A DNA stretch of 64,000 bases from an uncultured archaeon (GCA_938045545.1 CALIBN010000002.1:64001-128000); one strand, 5' to 3'. Numbered from the stretch's first letter, positions 49,444 through 58,943 are shown. Notes: generated by a model from the sequence alone, not told the origin. Translations and numbers: made by a program.

Positions 49444-50187
49444 TCACCAGTGCGCAGCCAAGCTGCCGAGCCTAGGGAAGGCTTTCAACCCTTCTCCCTG
49501 AGCTAGAAGCACGGGTGTAAACGACATCAGGTTGACTTTTCTAAGGATTGGGGAAAGAAGACTATTCGCGTCAACCTCGTTCACCGCCATCCCCATTGTC
49601 AAAGGGTTCATCGAGGGGAGTACTATTATCTTCACCCCCCTGTGCTCACCGTAGAGGAAGCTTTTAAACCGGTGTTTAACCCCTATTGAGTCCCTTATTG
49701 AGACAACAGGGTGTTCATGACCCATGAGAACGGTGCTTCCGTCTCCAGGCAACTCGTGTTCCCTGTCTCCATGTATCAGAAAGTATTTCCCAAGCCTCAG
49801 AGGCGGGTCCTGAAACTCCACGTTAAGCCTCCTTAAAACAATCCTCACGAAATTGTCATGGTTCCCCCTAACCAGCAGCGGCTCAGCGCCTAAGCTGCGA
49901 ACATCGTTAACAAAATCCTGAACCTGCGTCCATTCCTCAGGATTTATGTCTCCAAACTCGTTCTTAATGTCCCCGAGGATTATAAGTCTCTTAGCAGACC
50001 TGTAGTTGAACATGTTTCTCAGCGACTTGACTACCGGGGCATATGTCGGGAAGGGGATGTGTACTCCTTTCTCCTCAAGCTCCCATTCTAGGCCGAGGTG
50101 AATATCGGCTACGACGATGGCGTCCATGGATTTTACGTAGAGGGCGGGTTCGAACTCGACTATCTCAACATCGTCAGTCAGCAGCAT
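49444..50187 (-). CDS. metallophosphoesterase (Lhr-associated MPE, COG1407)
   Basis: ADIHLG, LGD, GNHD, HGD, GHEHP; overlaps the lhr stop. Confidence 0.9.
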   Translation of the reverse strand: MLLTDDVEIVEFEPALYVKSMDAIVVADIHLGLEWELEEKGVHIPFPTYAPVVKSLRNMFNYRSAKRLIILGDIKNEFGDINPEEWTQVQDFVNDVRSLGAEPLLVRGNHDNFVRIVLRRLNVEFQDPPLRLGKYFLIHGDREHELPGDGSTVLMGHEHPVVSIRDSIGVKHRFKSFLYGEHRGVKIIVLPSMNPLTMGMAVNEVDANSLLSPILRKVNLMSFTPVLLAQGEGLKAFPRLGSLAAHW

Positions 50188-52822
50188 GTATTGCCGCCAG
50201 AACCTCCCTGTGAAGCCTCTCTAGAAGCGTCCTCTTATCCTCCATGAGCACGACATCTGAGAAGCTTGAAACAAGCAGCGAGTGGGATAGGGGTGAAGCA
50301 ATTCTGTTGGGCCTGCAGACCAGCGGGCTCCTCACACCCTCTTCAAGCTCTGCTACGAACCTCATCGCGTTCTTAATATCCATGACATCCTCAAGGATCT
50401 CCCTGTAGGTTTCCCTCATAACGGGGAAATCCTTCAAATCCTTCACAGCCTTAAGAACATGCTCAGAGTTCAACTGGAGTTTAGAAACCATCACCTCGTG
50501 ACCCTTATAGTTCCTAAGGATCATGAAGCTCCTTACAGCAACATGTCTAAATCTATGTTTCAACATGTCCGTCTTTTCAATCGACGAGACGACGAGCTCC
50601 TGAAGGTTTGAAGAATTCACTGACCTAACAATCTTTTCAGGATCAACCCTGTATTTGGGCGGAAGTATCAGCAGGAAGCCATTATCGCTCACCGCGATCT
50701 GTATTGAAACAGATCCGAGCAGGTTTGACGCAGCCACTGCGAACGCTCTTGAAAGCACGTCGTTAACTCTTCTCCCGACTAGGCTGTGGAAAACAACAAT
50801 CTGCCTACCCGATTCGTCGACATAGTTCTCCACTATTAGCGAGCCCCTCCTGATGTACGGGAGTATGCCTATGTTGTTAAAGTATTCCGCGGTTATCTTA
50901 AGATAGTCGTAGAGGGCGACGGCAGTCTTCCTGTCTATCTTGAAATACTCCATGTATTGCTTAACCCTGTCCTCCTTCCGGTCGAACAGGATCGTCTGGA
51001 GCTCTCTTATCCTAAACTCGTCTATCATGCTCGCCAGGTCGTAGGAGAGGGGAAGCATCTCGGAGAACCATTGGGGCACGGTCGGCTTCTCACCTTCAGC
51101 AGGCTCGACGATAAGCTTCATTAAGCGGCTTTTCAAACACCTGTACGGCCTACCTCCCAGCAGGAAGATGTCCCCGGGGGAAAGCCTTTCGAAAAACTCC
51201 TCCTCAATGTTTCCAACAGGCCTGTTATCCCTAGTGAAAACCTTAACCATCGCCATGTCAGGTATCGTACCGGTGTTAGTCATGTAGATCACCCTGGCGA
51301 GATTACCCCTTCTCCCGAAAACCCCGTCAGCCTCGTCAAGCCAAATCTTCCCGTAAACCTTATATCCCTCGAGCTGCCTGTAATACCCGCTTAAATACCT
51401 CAGGACGCTTATGAAATCCTCTCTTCCAAGGTTTCTGAAATTGTATGATCTCCTGACGAGACCATAAGCCTCGTCAATCCTCCATTTTCTCTCAACAGCC
51501 ATGCCTACGATATGCTGGGCTAAAACGTCGAGAGGATTCTCCGGAATATAGGTTTCGTCAAGCTTTCCTGCTTCAGCAGCCTTAGACATGACCAGAACCT
51601 CTAGCAGATCATCTCTCTCCATCGGTATGAAAATACCTTTTGAAACAGCCTCGAGAGAATGGCCCGAGCGCCCAACTCTTTGAATAGCCCGGGTCACGGA
51701 CTTGGGTGAGCCTATTTGGACAACGCAGTCTATGAAGCCGATGTCTATCCCTAGTTCAAGCGAGGTACTGGTGACGACAGCCTTAAGCCTCCCCTTCTTC
51801 AACCTGTCTTCAACGTCCAGCCTAACCTCGCGAGAGAGAGAGGAATGGTGAGCAGCATACTCGTCCTCGCTCAACACGGTTTTAGGCCTGAGCTTCTTAA
51901 GATGGTATACTACCCTCTCGGTGCTGCTTCGCGTGTTTGTGAAGATGAGAGTAGTCCTGTTGCGCTTTATGATTTCGTTTATCAACCTGTACATTCTTCT
52001 GCTGAGCTCTTCAGCAGGCGTGTGAACCAAGTCGTGGTGCGGCGACACGACTTTAAGCTCGAACTTCTTCGAAGCATGAACATCCACTATGGTGCAGGGC
52101 CGCGGCGAAGAATCCTCATATCCGGCCAGGTAGGCAGCAATCTTCTCCAAAGGATGGATGGTTGCGGATAGGCCTATTCTCTGGAAATCTTGGCCGGTAA
52201 AGCTTCTCAGTCTTTCAAGGCTTAGGGAGAGGTGGGCACCCCTCTTAGAACTGCAGAGCTCGTGTATCTCGTCCACTACAACCCACTTGACACCCTTTAG
52301 GAAAGACCTGAACTTCGGCGCTACGAGAATTATAGATAGGCTTTCAGGAGTAGTTATGAGTATGTGAGGAGGCTTCTTAAGCATTCTTCCTCTTTCAGAG
52401 GTTTTAGTATCGCCCGTCCTAACGTGGATCCTTATCTCTGGAAGCGAGACCCCTTTCTCCTCGGCAAGCCTCCTTAACTCTTCCAAGGGCTGTGAAAGAT
52501 TCTTCCTCACGTCATTGTTTAAAGACCGGAGGGGAGAAACATAAACGCAGTAAACCCTGTCTTCAAGCCTGCCTTCAAAACCAGTTTTAATCAGATCGTC
52601 CAGAATCGTTAGGAAGCATGCGAGCGTCTTACCGCTTCCGGTTGGTGCAGAGATTAAAGTGTTCTCACCCCTTCTAATGGGCATTATCCCGTAGGACTGT
52701 GGCGGGGTCAGCCCTTTGAACCTGCTTCTCAACCATTCTCCAACTATAGGGTGAAGTATCTTAACAACATCCTCAAGCGAACTCTTAACAGTGTAGAACC
52801 TGTAGGGCTCCCCTGACATCAC
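50174..52822 (-). CDS. lhr: Lhr-family SF2 helicase
   Basis: PTGSGKT, SPLRSL, TTPESL, DEIH, SAT, HHSSLS, SLELGIDIG, QRVGRSGH, GTIPD. Confidence 0.95.
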   Translation of the reverse strand: MMSGEPYRFYTVKSSLEDVVKILHPIVGEWLRSRFKGLTPPQSYGIMPIRRGENTLISAPTGSGKTLACFLTILDDLIKTGFEGRLEDRVYCVYVSPLRSLNNDVRKNLSQPLEELRRLAEEKGVSLPEIRIHVRTGDTKTSERGRMLKKPPHILITTPESLSIILVAPKFRSFLKGVKWVVVDEIHELCSSKRGAHLSLSLERLRSFTGQDFQRIGLSATIHPLEKIAAYLAGYEDSSPRPCTIVDVHASKKFELKVVSPHHDLVHTPAEELSRRMYRLINEIIKRNRTTLIFTNTRSSTERVVYHLKKLRPKTVLSEDEYAAHHSSLSREVRLDVEDRLKKGRLKAVVTSTSLELGIDIGFIDCVVQIGSPKSVTRAIQRVGRSGHSLEAVSKGIFIPMERDDLLEVLVMSKAAEAGKLDETYIPENPLDVLAQHIVGMAVERKWRIDEAYGLVRRSYNFRNLGREDFISVLRYLSGYYRQLEGYKVYGKIWLDEADGVFGRRGNLARVIYMTNTGTIPDMAMVKVFTRDNRPVGNIEEEFFERLSPGDIFLLGGRPYRCLKSRLMKLIVEPAEGEKPTVPQWFSEMLPLSYDLASMIDEFRIRELQTILFDRKEDRVKQYMEYFKIDRKTAVALYDYLKITAEYFNNIGILPYIRRGSLIVENYVDESGRQIVVFHSLVGRRVNDVLSRAFAVAASNLLGSVSIQIAVSDNGFLLILPPKYRVDPEKIVRSVNSSNLQELVVSSIEKTDMLKHRFRHVAVRSFMILRNYKGHEVMVSKLQLNSEHVLKAVKDLKDFPVMRETYREILEDVMDIKNAMRFVAELEEGVRSPLVCRPNRIASPLSHSLLVSSFSDVVLMEDKRTLLERLHREVLAAIHAAD

Positions 52823-52871
52823 TCAGGCTCCTTCAAAAGTTATGCGTAGGATAGTGTTGATAAACCTTATC

Positions 52872-53471
52872 CTAACCCCTGTTTTCCCACCGAGGCATCA
52901 CTATAAGGCCTTCATCAGGATCCCCATAGGCCTCGTAATCACCATCGTAAAACATTTTCGCCACGAGTGCAGCAGTAACCGCGTCAAGCTCATGATGAGT
53001 TGCCGCATTTTCCAGCCCCCTTACTATGAAACGTGCCAATCCTTTCCGAAGCCCATCGACGCCCCGGGATTTGCGCGGTATCCTAAGGATATCCTGGGCT
53101 CCGCCGGGATAAACCTCTATAACCCTGAAACCAGAGGAGCAAAGCATCTTCTTAAGCCTGATACCTCTTTCCGTCAGGGAGCGCATCGGCCCCAGTGTAA
53201 CGGGGAAAAACCTTATGCCTCTTCTCAGAAGCTCCCTGTCGCAATCCCTAAGGTGGACGCTACTCCTAACCTCAAGGCTTACCCTTCCCCTCGGCAGGGA
53301 GAGCGGGGCATCGACCGCAACCACCGCAGGGTTGAAACGTGAAACTTCCCCCAGGATCTCCGCATCCTTGTGCAGGATCATTGTTTCAACGCTTAGAGAC
53401 TCATCTAGGACTGCGAAGCCGCTCGGCCTGGTCTCAACCCCGGCTAGATCAATGCCCGCGAAAAACATCAT
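52872..53471 (-). CDS. DUF429 predicted RNase H-fold nuclease
   Basis: GIDLA, AVDAPL, R.CDREL, IEVYP, LDA motifs. Confidence 0.85.
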   Translation of the reverse strand: MMFFAGIDLAGVETRPSGFAVLDESLSVETMILHKDAEILGEVSRFNPAVVAVDAPLSLPRGRVSLEVRSSVHLRDCDRELLRRGIRFFPVTLGPMRSLTERGIRLKKMLCSSGFRVIEVYPGGAQDILRIPRKSRGVDGLRKGLARFIVRGLENAATHHELDAVTAALVAKMFYDGDYEAYGDPDEGLIVMPRWENRG

Positions 53472-54229
53472 ATTCTCAACCCAAACAGCTTGAGAGCGTT
53501 TCTAGTAGTTTCCTCAGCAACAGTATCCGGGTCGACTTTTTTAACCCTAGCTATCTCCCTGAGGCTGAAAACTATGTTTGCAGGCTCATTCCTCTTAAAC
53601 GGGTCAACCCCGAGAACAGGCGAGTCAGACTCCAGCAGAATGTTTTCCAACGGCAGCCTAGCCGCAAGCTTCTGCTTCTGCGGCGACCTCACTATTGAGG
53701 GTGGAATGCTGAAGAAGAAGCCTGCTTCAACACCCTTCATAGCATACGAGGCCTTCCCGTCGAAAGCATGCATCAAAACCCTCTTAGCATTGTTTTTAAC
53801 CAGTACGTCGATAGCCTCTCTCCCGGCGCTTCTAGAGTGAACTATAATCGGCACATCAAGCTTTTTAGCGAGCTCTATGAAATCTTCGAAAACCCTGATA
53901 AGCCTATCCCTGTCCTCGCGACTCCTAACCGTATAGTAGTCTAGGCCCACCTCGCCAACTCCGATTATCCTACTCTTATTATCCAGAATGAGCCGCATAA
54001 CTTCCTCATGGCTGAAAGAGAAAGGCGCTCCATAGTCGATACCGATTGTCGAGTAAACATAACCCCTGAATCTTTCCGAAATCCTCAGGGACCTTAAACC
54101 ACCATCCTTGCCTAGTCCACAGTCCACGATAGCGGCTAAACCGTTCTCCCTGGCTTTCAACACGACACTATCCAGGTCCGCCTCGAAAGAGCTGTCGCTC
54201 AAATGTGCATGCGCATCCACGAGCTGCAA
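53468..54229 (-). CDS. tatD: TatD family nuclease
   Basis: DAHAH, GEVGLDY, HSR, MHAF, ESDSP, NEP. Confidence 0.93.
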   Translation of the reverse strand: MQLVDAHAHLSDSSFEADLDSVVLKARENGLAAIVDCGLGKDGGLRSLRISERFRGYVYSTIGIDYGAPFSFSHEEVMRLILDNKSRIIGVGEVGLDYYTVRSREDRDRLIRVFEDFIELAKKLDVPIIVHSRSAGREAIDVLVKNNAKRVLMHAFDGKASYAMKGVEAGFFFSIPPSIVRSPQKQKLAARLPLENILLESDSPVLGVDPFKRNEPANIVFSLREIARVKKVDPDTVAEETTRNALKLFGLRI

Positions 54230-54299
54230 GGAGACGAGTCGGATTGTTCGAAGGCAGAGATAAACCTTTAACTAGCCTAAGCCGGCTAACTAAGCCGGG

Positions 54300-54503
54300 A
54301 TGGTTAAGAAGGCGAGCACTAAGCTATATGTGCTTAACAAGAGGCTGAGCGGGAAAACATACTCTGCAACGATGCTGTATTTGCCGAGTAAGGTTGTTAA
54401 CGATTCAGCTTTCCCCCTGAGGAAGAAGGGCAGGCTCATCGTGAAAATAGTTGGCAAAAAGCTAGTTGTTGAAAACGAGAAGACGGGCAGGAGAAAGCAT
54501 TAG
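54300..54503 (+). CDS. small basic AbrB/SpoVT-like protein
   Basis: LYLPSKVVNDSAFPL..GRLIVKI..KKLVVE, a swapped-hairpin-like pattern; TATA-like box about 30 nt upstream. Confidence 0.65.
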   Translation: MVKKASTKLYVLNKRLSGKTYSATMLYLPSKVVNDSAFPLRKKGRLIVKIVGKKLVVENEKTGRRKH

Positions 54504-54886
54504 CCAAGCCTGTGCTTGAAACTGGTGAAAGCCGTGTAAATTATTATGAATTGTTCAAGCTCCCTTAGGAAGCCTGTGCTTATATGCCATGATCCTTCTC
54601 TTTTCTCCACTATCCCGGCTCCCACAAGCCCCCTAATCATGTTGTAAAACTGGCCAACCGTGATCCTTCTTCTTACCACCCAGCTTTTCCACTCGCTCAC
54701 ACTCATGCCTGAAGACCCCCTGGAGACAAGCTCCTCGCAGAAAACCTTCGCCTCAGACGCTAAAAGCGGGCTTCTCCAGAAAACCCTGGAAAACATCTCG
54801 TCAACGGTAGCGGGGACCCTGCCAGCTTTAAAAAGTATTGTAGTCCCTTTATGCGTCTGCCTACCCCTCCGGCTCCTCCTAGGCAT
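54500..54886 (-). CDS. hypothetical winged-helix-like protein
   Basis: FYNMIRGLVGAGIVEK..GSWHIS wing motif and an Arg-rich N-terminus. Confidence 0.65.
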   Translation of the reverse strand: MPRRSRRGRQTHKGTTILFKAGRVPATVDEMFSRVFWRSPLLASEAKVFCEELVSRGSSGMSVSEWKSWVVRRRITVGQFYNMIRGLVGAGIVEKREGSWHISTGFLRELEQFIIIYTAFTSFKHRLG

Positions 54887-55064
54887 ACTCTCTACTTCTA
54901 AAAGCTCAGAGAAAAGGCTTACTGACCCCTGTTAACATGCCTCACTGAGGCGGCGATGAAATAGTGAAGCAGACCTAAGGCATGTCATGGCAGGGTCCAC
55001 TAATCGCGAACCTAGCATAACGAAGCGAATAAAACTGAGGAATGGACCAGTTGTGCATGCTGCA

Positions 55065-57623
55065 CTATGCTAGAACGTCATACTCCTCCGTGGCTGGAGG
55101 ATGCTGCGGCCTACGCCTCCTTATCCAGAGCAGCGATACTGAAACAGCCAAGACGACGGCGAAGCTTATGACCACAAGGATCAAGTACAGGTTGCTCACT
55201 TTGAAGAAAGCCTCTTTAACACCAGTATTGCCGTAAGGATCAGTGGCGTTGATCACCACCCTGTACTCTCCAACCGGATTAGTGACTGGAAGATAATAGT
55301 CTCCAACCCACTTGCCACCCTGGTATCTGAGACTTATGACGCTCTTCAGGGTGGCGGAGGAAACCTCCGCGGTCACATCCCCGTCTTCAAGCGTTGAAGA
55401 ATCCGGGTATTTAACGACGGTTCTTAAAGAAACCGTTTCAAACCCGGCTTGATAACTCTCCTTCAAATCCTCCATTTCAAAGCTTAGAACAGCCCTAGTT
55501 ATTTCAACGGGAACCGTGTAGAAACCGTAGTTTTCAAAAGAGTCTTTAACAGTGACGTTCAACACGTACTGTCCTATTGGAGCATCCCTCGGAGCACTGA
55601 TGTTTCCAACCCAAGCTCCGGCTGAGAACCTCAGCTGCGCGAGAGCCTGCGCAACACCATTATGAACCAGCTTAGCATCCACGAAGGCCCCTTTATCCCG
55701 AGAAACGTTCTCCAGCGTAAGAACCTCCTTAGAAGGATACTTCACCACCACGTTGACAGGTATTTTCTGGGTCCTGGAGAAAGTGCTTTCAAGCGGGTTT
55801 AATAGCTGTATGCTTAACCTAGCTGGAACAATCCTTATTTCCCGCGAGAAATCCCCACTGTTCCCCACACCGTCTACTGCCGTTATCCTGAGAACCCATT
55901 CCCCGGTTTCCTCGCGCGCCTGAATCTTCCAGGATATACTCCACTCCCCCAAGCCGATCTTGTCAAAGTTAAACGGGCCCTTTCTATACTGGTCCTTAAT
56001 GAGTTCAAGAGTCACGCTTCCGGATGGCAGGAGTGTCCCATCAGGGTATGCGACGCTAACCGAAACGTTTAGCCTAACAGACCTCTCATAAGTCTCGTTA
56101 AGCTGGTTTTTTAAAGTAATCCTCAGCTTAGCAGCGGTGAGAGTAAAAGTCCTGTTTCCTGAGCCAGCGTTACCATACTGGTCTGAAGCCTCCACCTTGA
56201 CCACATAGCTCCCCAACGGGTCTGACGGAACCGTCTTAATAATCTTAAACCAGTAGCCGTCATGCGTGTAATCCATGAATATTTCCCTGCCTTCAACCCC
56301 GCCGTAGACCAGTTTCAGCCTTACAACCCCGTTCCAAGGCAGGCTTGAACCATCCTTGTATTTAACCCGAACAGTCACGTTTATCGGTTTAACCCTTTCA
56401 TAAGTCGTGGCGTCTAAGACTACAGTCACGTTTAAAACTGCCTTAACCAAGGTGACTTGCAGAGCATCCGTAACCACCCTCATGTTTTTAAAGTCCAACG
56501 CATCGTCGCACTCTATGAAGGCTGAAAGAACGCCGAGCTGAATATCCACGGGAACAGTTATCTGCTTGCTTACCTCACCCTTAGAATCCGTCTCTAGCCT
56601 CTGGCTGAAAACCACGTGCGTCGAGTTTTTCAAGTAGAGCGTAGCAGACCCGCTGCGCATCAGCCCACCCGCCTTAACTAGGATTATCGACTTCCGCTCC
56701 CAGACTCGCGGAGCATCCCAAACGCCGAAGTGATACTCGGTGACGCAGCCACTCGTGTTAACCCGCACGGTGTAGGTTCCTGGGGAAGGGTTTGCAAGGC
56801 TAATCGTGCGGGAGAAACTCCCAGTAGTGTTGGCGGTTAAATGCTCAGCGCTTAGAAGAGAACCGTTCGGATGGAGTATCTTCAGATTAAAGGAGGATGT
56901 GGGAAACTGGTATCCACTAATCTTCACCTGGACATTGCTGGAAGAAGTGTAGACGGGCTTATCCGTGAGGATTATCGGGGAGAGGAGCATGGAGAACTCG
57001 TCGAAAAACGTTTTCACAACTTCCTGAGGCGGGTCGACAACGCCGAGGGAGAAGTTCACCTGCTTCACGAGAAAAAGTTTAACACCGGTCGCAATGGAGA
57101 TTGTTTGACTCCCATTATAGAGTATTGTTAAAGCATCTGACGAAGCATCCACCCATATGGTTAAATTATACCATTTCCCGGTTGAGAAAGTTACACCATC
57201 ATTCCTCCTATCAAGCCTGAAGACCACCAGCTTCAGATCGTCGACAAAACCAAGCTTAATCTCATAAGTTGAAGAATCAGTAAGCACAAGGATTATTTTG
57301 GAGAAGTTGAAGCTTGTACCATTGTTTATCTTCAGGATAAAACTCGTTTTAAAAGAACCCTTAGCATCAAATACACGTTGTATGTAAGCACGGCCCCCAG
57401 ACAATACGCTTATGTTTAAGCATGGTCCCCGGAAGCCGTCAGGAGAAAAAGAGTATGCTCCTGAGCTTGTGAAGGAGCCCGAGGGAGATATGTTTAGATT
57501 ATTGGCGAAGGAAGCGTTGTAAGCGGGTATGAAGCACCCTTCAGCCTCAACCATGACAGGCATTATTAGGATTGTTAAGAGGAGTAGTGTTGCAGCAAGT
57601 ATTACCGCAGTATCCTTCAGCAT
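55065..57623 (-). CDS. cell-surface protein with Ig-like repeats and C-terminal TM anchor
   Basis: Signal peptide, beta-rich N-domain, at least four ~100-aa repeats (Y.D.....G.Y.V.V.A.D.YGN.G), many N-x-S/T sequons, then TM and RRRR. Confidence 0.8.
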   Translation of the reverse strand: MLKDTAVILAATLLLLTILIMPVMVEAEGCFIPAYNASFANNLNISPSGSFTSSGAYSFSPDGFRGPCLNISVLSGGRAYIQRVFDAKGSFKTSFILKINNGTSFNFSKIILVLTDSSTYEIKLGFVDDLKLVVFRLDRRNDGVTFSTGKWYNLTIWVDASSDALTILYNGSQTISIATGVKLFLVKQVNFSLGVVDPPQEVVKTFFDEFSMLLSPIILTDKPVYTSSSNVQVKISGYQFPTSSFNLKILHPNGSLLSAEHLTANTTGSFSRTISLANPSPGTYTVRVNTSGCVTEYHFGVWDAPRVWERKSIILVKAGGLMRSGSATLYLKNSTHVVFSQRLETDSKGEVSKQITVPVDIQLGVLSAFIECDDALDFKNMRVVTDALQVTLVKAVLNVTVVLDATTYERVKPINVTVRVKYKDGSSLPWNGVVRLKLVYGGVEGREIFMDYTHDGYWFKIIKTVPSDPLGSYVVKVEASDQYGNAGSGNRTFTLTAAKLRITLKNQLNETYERSVRLNVSVSVAYPDGTLLPSGSVTLELIKDQYRKGPFNFDKIGLGEWSISWKIQAREETGEWVLRITAVDGVGNSGDFSREIRIVPARLSIQLLNPLESTFSRTQKIPVNVVVKYPSKEVLTLENVSRDKGAFVDAKLVHNGVAQALAQLRFSAGAWVGNISAPRDAPIGQYVLNVTVKDSFENYGFYTVPVEITRAVLSFEMEDLKESYQAGFETVSLRTVVKYPDSSTLEDGDVTAEVSSATLKSVISLRYQGGKWVGDYYLPVTNPVGEYRVVINATDPYGNTGVKEAFFKVSNLYLILVVISFAVVLAVSVSLLWIRRRRPQHPPATEEYDVLA

Positions 57624-57713
57624 CTGTGATGCTTCTTAGCCAAGCGTTTTAAAGGTTTTGTTAGGTTTGTATCAAAATAAAATAGTCGGTTTCTGGTGTA
57701 GGCTTAACCGAAT

Positions 57714-58325
57714 CTACTGCTGCCTGAAAAGCCGTCTAATTCTAGCCAGCACCTTCCTTATCCATCCTGTTTTTTCAACCTTCAACTCGCCCTTCAAAAC
57801 CATTTCTAAAACCCTTCTGTAGGCATCCGGGTTCCTAGAAGCCAGGAGTAACAGCGCCTCCTCGCTCAACCTTGAGCCCTTAGGCGGGGTGAAACCGTTC
57901 TCCATGTTTTTTAAAGGCTCCTTCTCGCTTTTTCTAAAGCCAATGATGTTTAAGACTAGGAGTATTAACCCTGCTGTGAAAAAAACTATGCTCTGCAAGC
58001 ATGTTGCCCGATGTTTTTGAGAAAAACCACCAGTATCCTCAATAATTGCTCCACCCGGGGACGAGCCTGAAAACCTCGCATCGTATTCAACAAGCAGAGT
58101 GGAATCCTGAGCCGAAGTGTTAAAAGATTCAGGCCTGAAAACCGTTAAAGACACGTTGTTAGTCAAGCATAGTTCAACAAGCGTCCCGTTGCAGAGGAAA
58201 GCTGTTACACGCATTGAAACATGAGTCTCGTTTCCCCAAACCGTTGTCGAAGGGTTTGCACACGTGTTAAGGCAAGTATTGAAAAGCATGGTCAAGAGGA
58301 ATGTTAAGCATGTTTTTACGCGCAT
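57714..58325 (-). CDS. hypothetical membrane protein
   Basis: N-terminal signal-like segment and one internal TM; start at 58325 is downstream of a TATA-like box. Confidence 0.6.
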   Translation of the reverse strand: MRVKTCLTFLLTMLFNTCLNTCANPSTTVWGNETHVSMRVTAFLCNGTLVELCLTNNVSLTVFRPESFNTSAQDSTLLVEYDARFSGSSPGGAIIEDTGGFSQKHRATCLQSIVFFTAGLILLVLNIIGFRKSEKEPLKNMENGFTPPKGSRLSEEALLLLASRNPDAYRRVLEMVLKGELKVEKTGWIRKVLARIRRLFRQQ

Positions 58326-58377
58326 CGTCAACTCTATCTTTAAACTTAAAGAATGCTGATAAGCTCCCATGCGTCAT

Positions 58378-58440
58378 GGCATCAATCCGCCCATCTTATC
58401 CTCATCCCTAATCAGATTTTTGAGGCGGTTTTCATCTGCC
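58378..58440 (-). ncRNA. candidate C/D-box guide sRNA
   Basis: Minus strand reads GGC AGATGA-aaaccgcctcaaaaat-CTGA-ttag-GGATGA-ggataagatgggcgga-TTGA-TGCC. It has a terminal GGCA/TGCC stem and a CTTAAATA box about 24 nt upstream. Confidence 0.6.
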
Positions 58441-58472
58441 GGAGAATCCTATGGAGAGAAAGTATTTAAGCA

Positions 58473-58943
58473 TTAAGCATGCGACGGCTCTGAACCTGTC
58501 AGCTCTAAAATCTGCCGCGAGATATTCCTCCAGTGAGAACCTCTCCAGTATAACTTGCCACACGACTTGCACCTCCAGATCAAATCCACGTTTTTAGGCG
58601 CCTCAGGATTTTTCTCAGCCTCTTCAGGAGGCAAGGGCTCAAGCTCACCGTTGCAAACCGTGCATCTTAAAGAACCTTCCTGGAAAAACAGCTTAAACCT
58701 CTCCACCAGGAGCCTTAACACCTCCTCCTCCGTTAAACCCTTAGTTAAAACCACTTCAACACCCTTTCTCTCAGCTATTTTCGCGAGCTCCTCGTCTGAA
58801 GTCACGAGTACGCGAACGCCTAAAGCCAGTTGAACAATATCCTCATCATTAACACTATTCAGGTACAGTGTGTCATAGCCCATTATCCTAAGCCATTTGG
58901 CAACGTAGCCATGCATACTGTCAACCAGAAACCTAGGGTCCAA
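58473..58943 (-). CDS. Mut7-C (DUF82) PIN-domain RNase with Zn ribbon
   Basis: FLVDSM.G..AKWLR.MGYD, LVTSD, RCTVCNG, CKSCGKLYWRGSHW. Confidence 0.92.
   Translation of the reverse strand: MDPRFLVDSMHGYVAKWLRIMGYDTLYLNSVNDEDIVQLALGVRVLVTSDEELAKIAERKGVEVVLTKGLTEEEVLRLLVERFKLFFQEGSLRCTVCNGELEPLPPEEAEKNPEAPKNVDLIWRCKSCGKLYWRGSHWRNISRQILELTGSEPSHA

Noticed and set aside
54944-54962. CTGAGG...GAAA hammerhead-like core
   Set aside because: Does not match CUGANGA and lacks stems II and III.
55065-55090. YDVL (YxxPhi-like sorting motif) in the surface protein tail
   Set aside because: A four-residue motif is expected by chance and there is no supporting machinery here.
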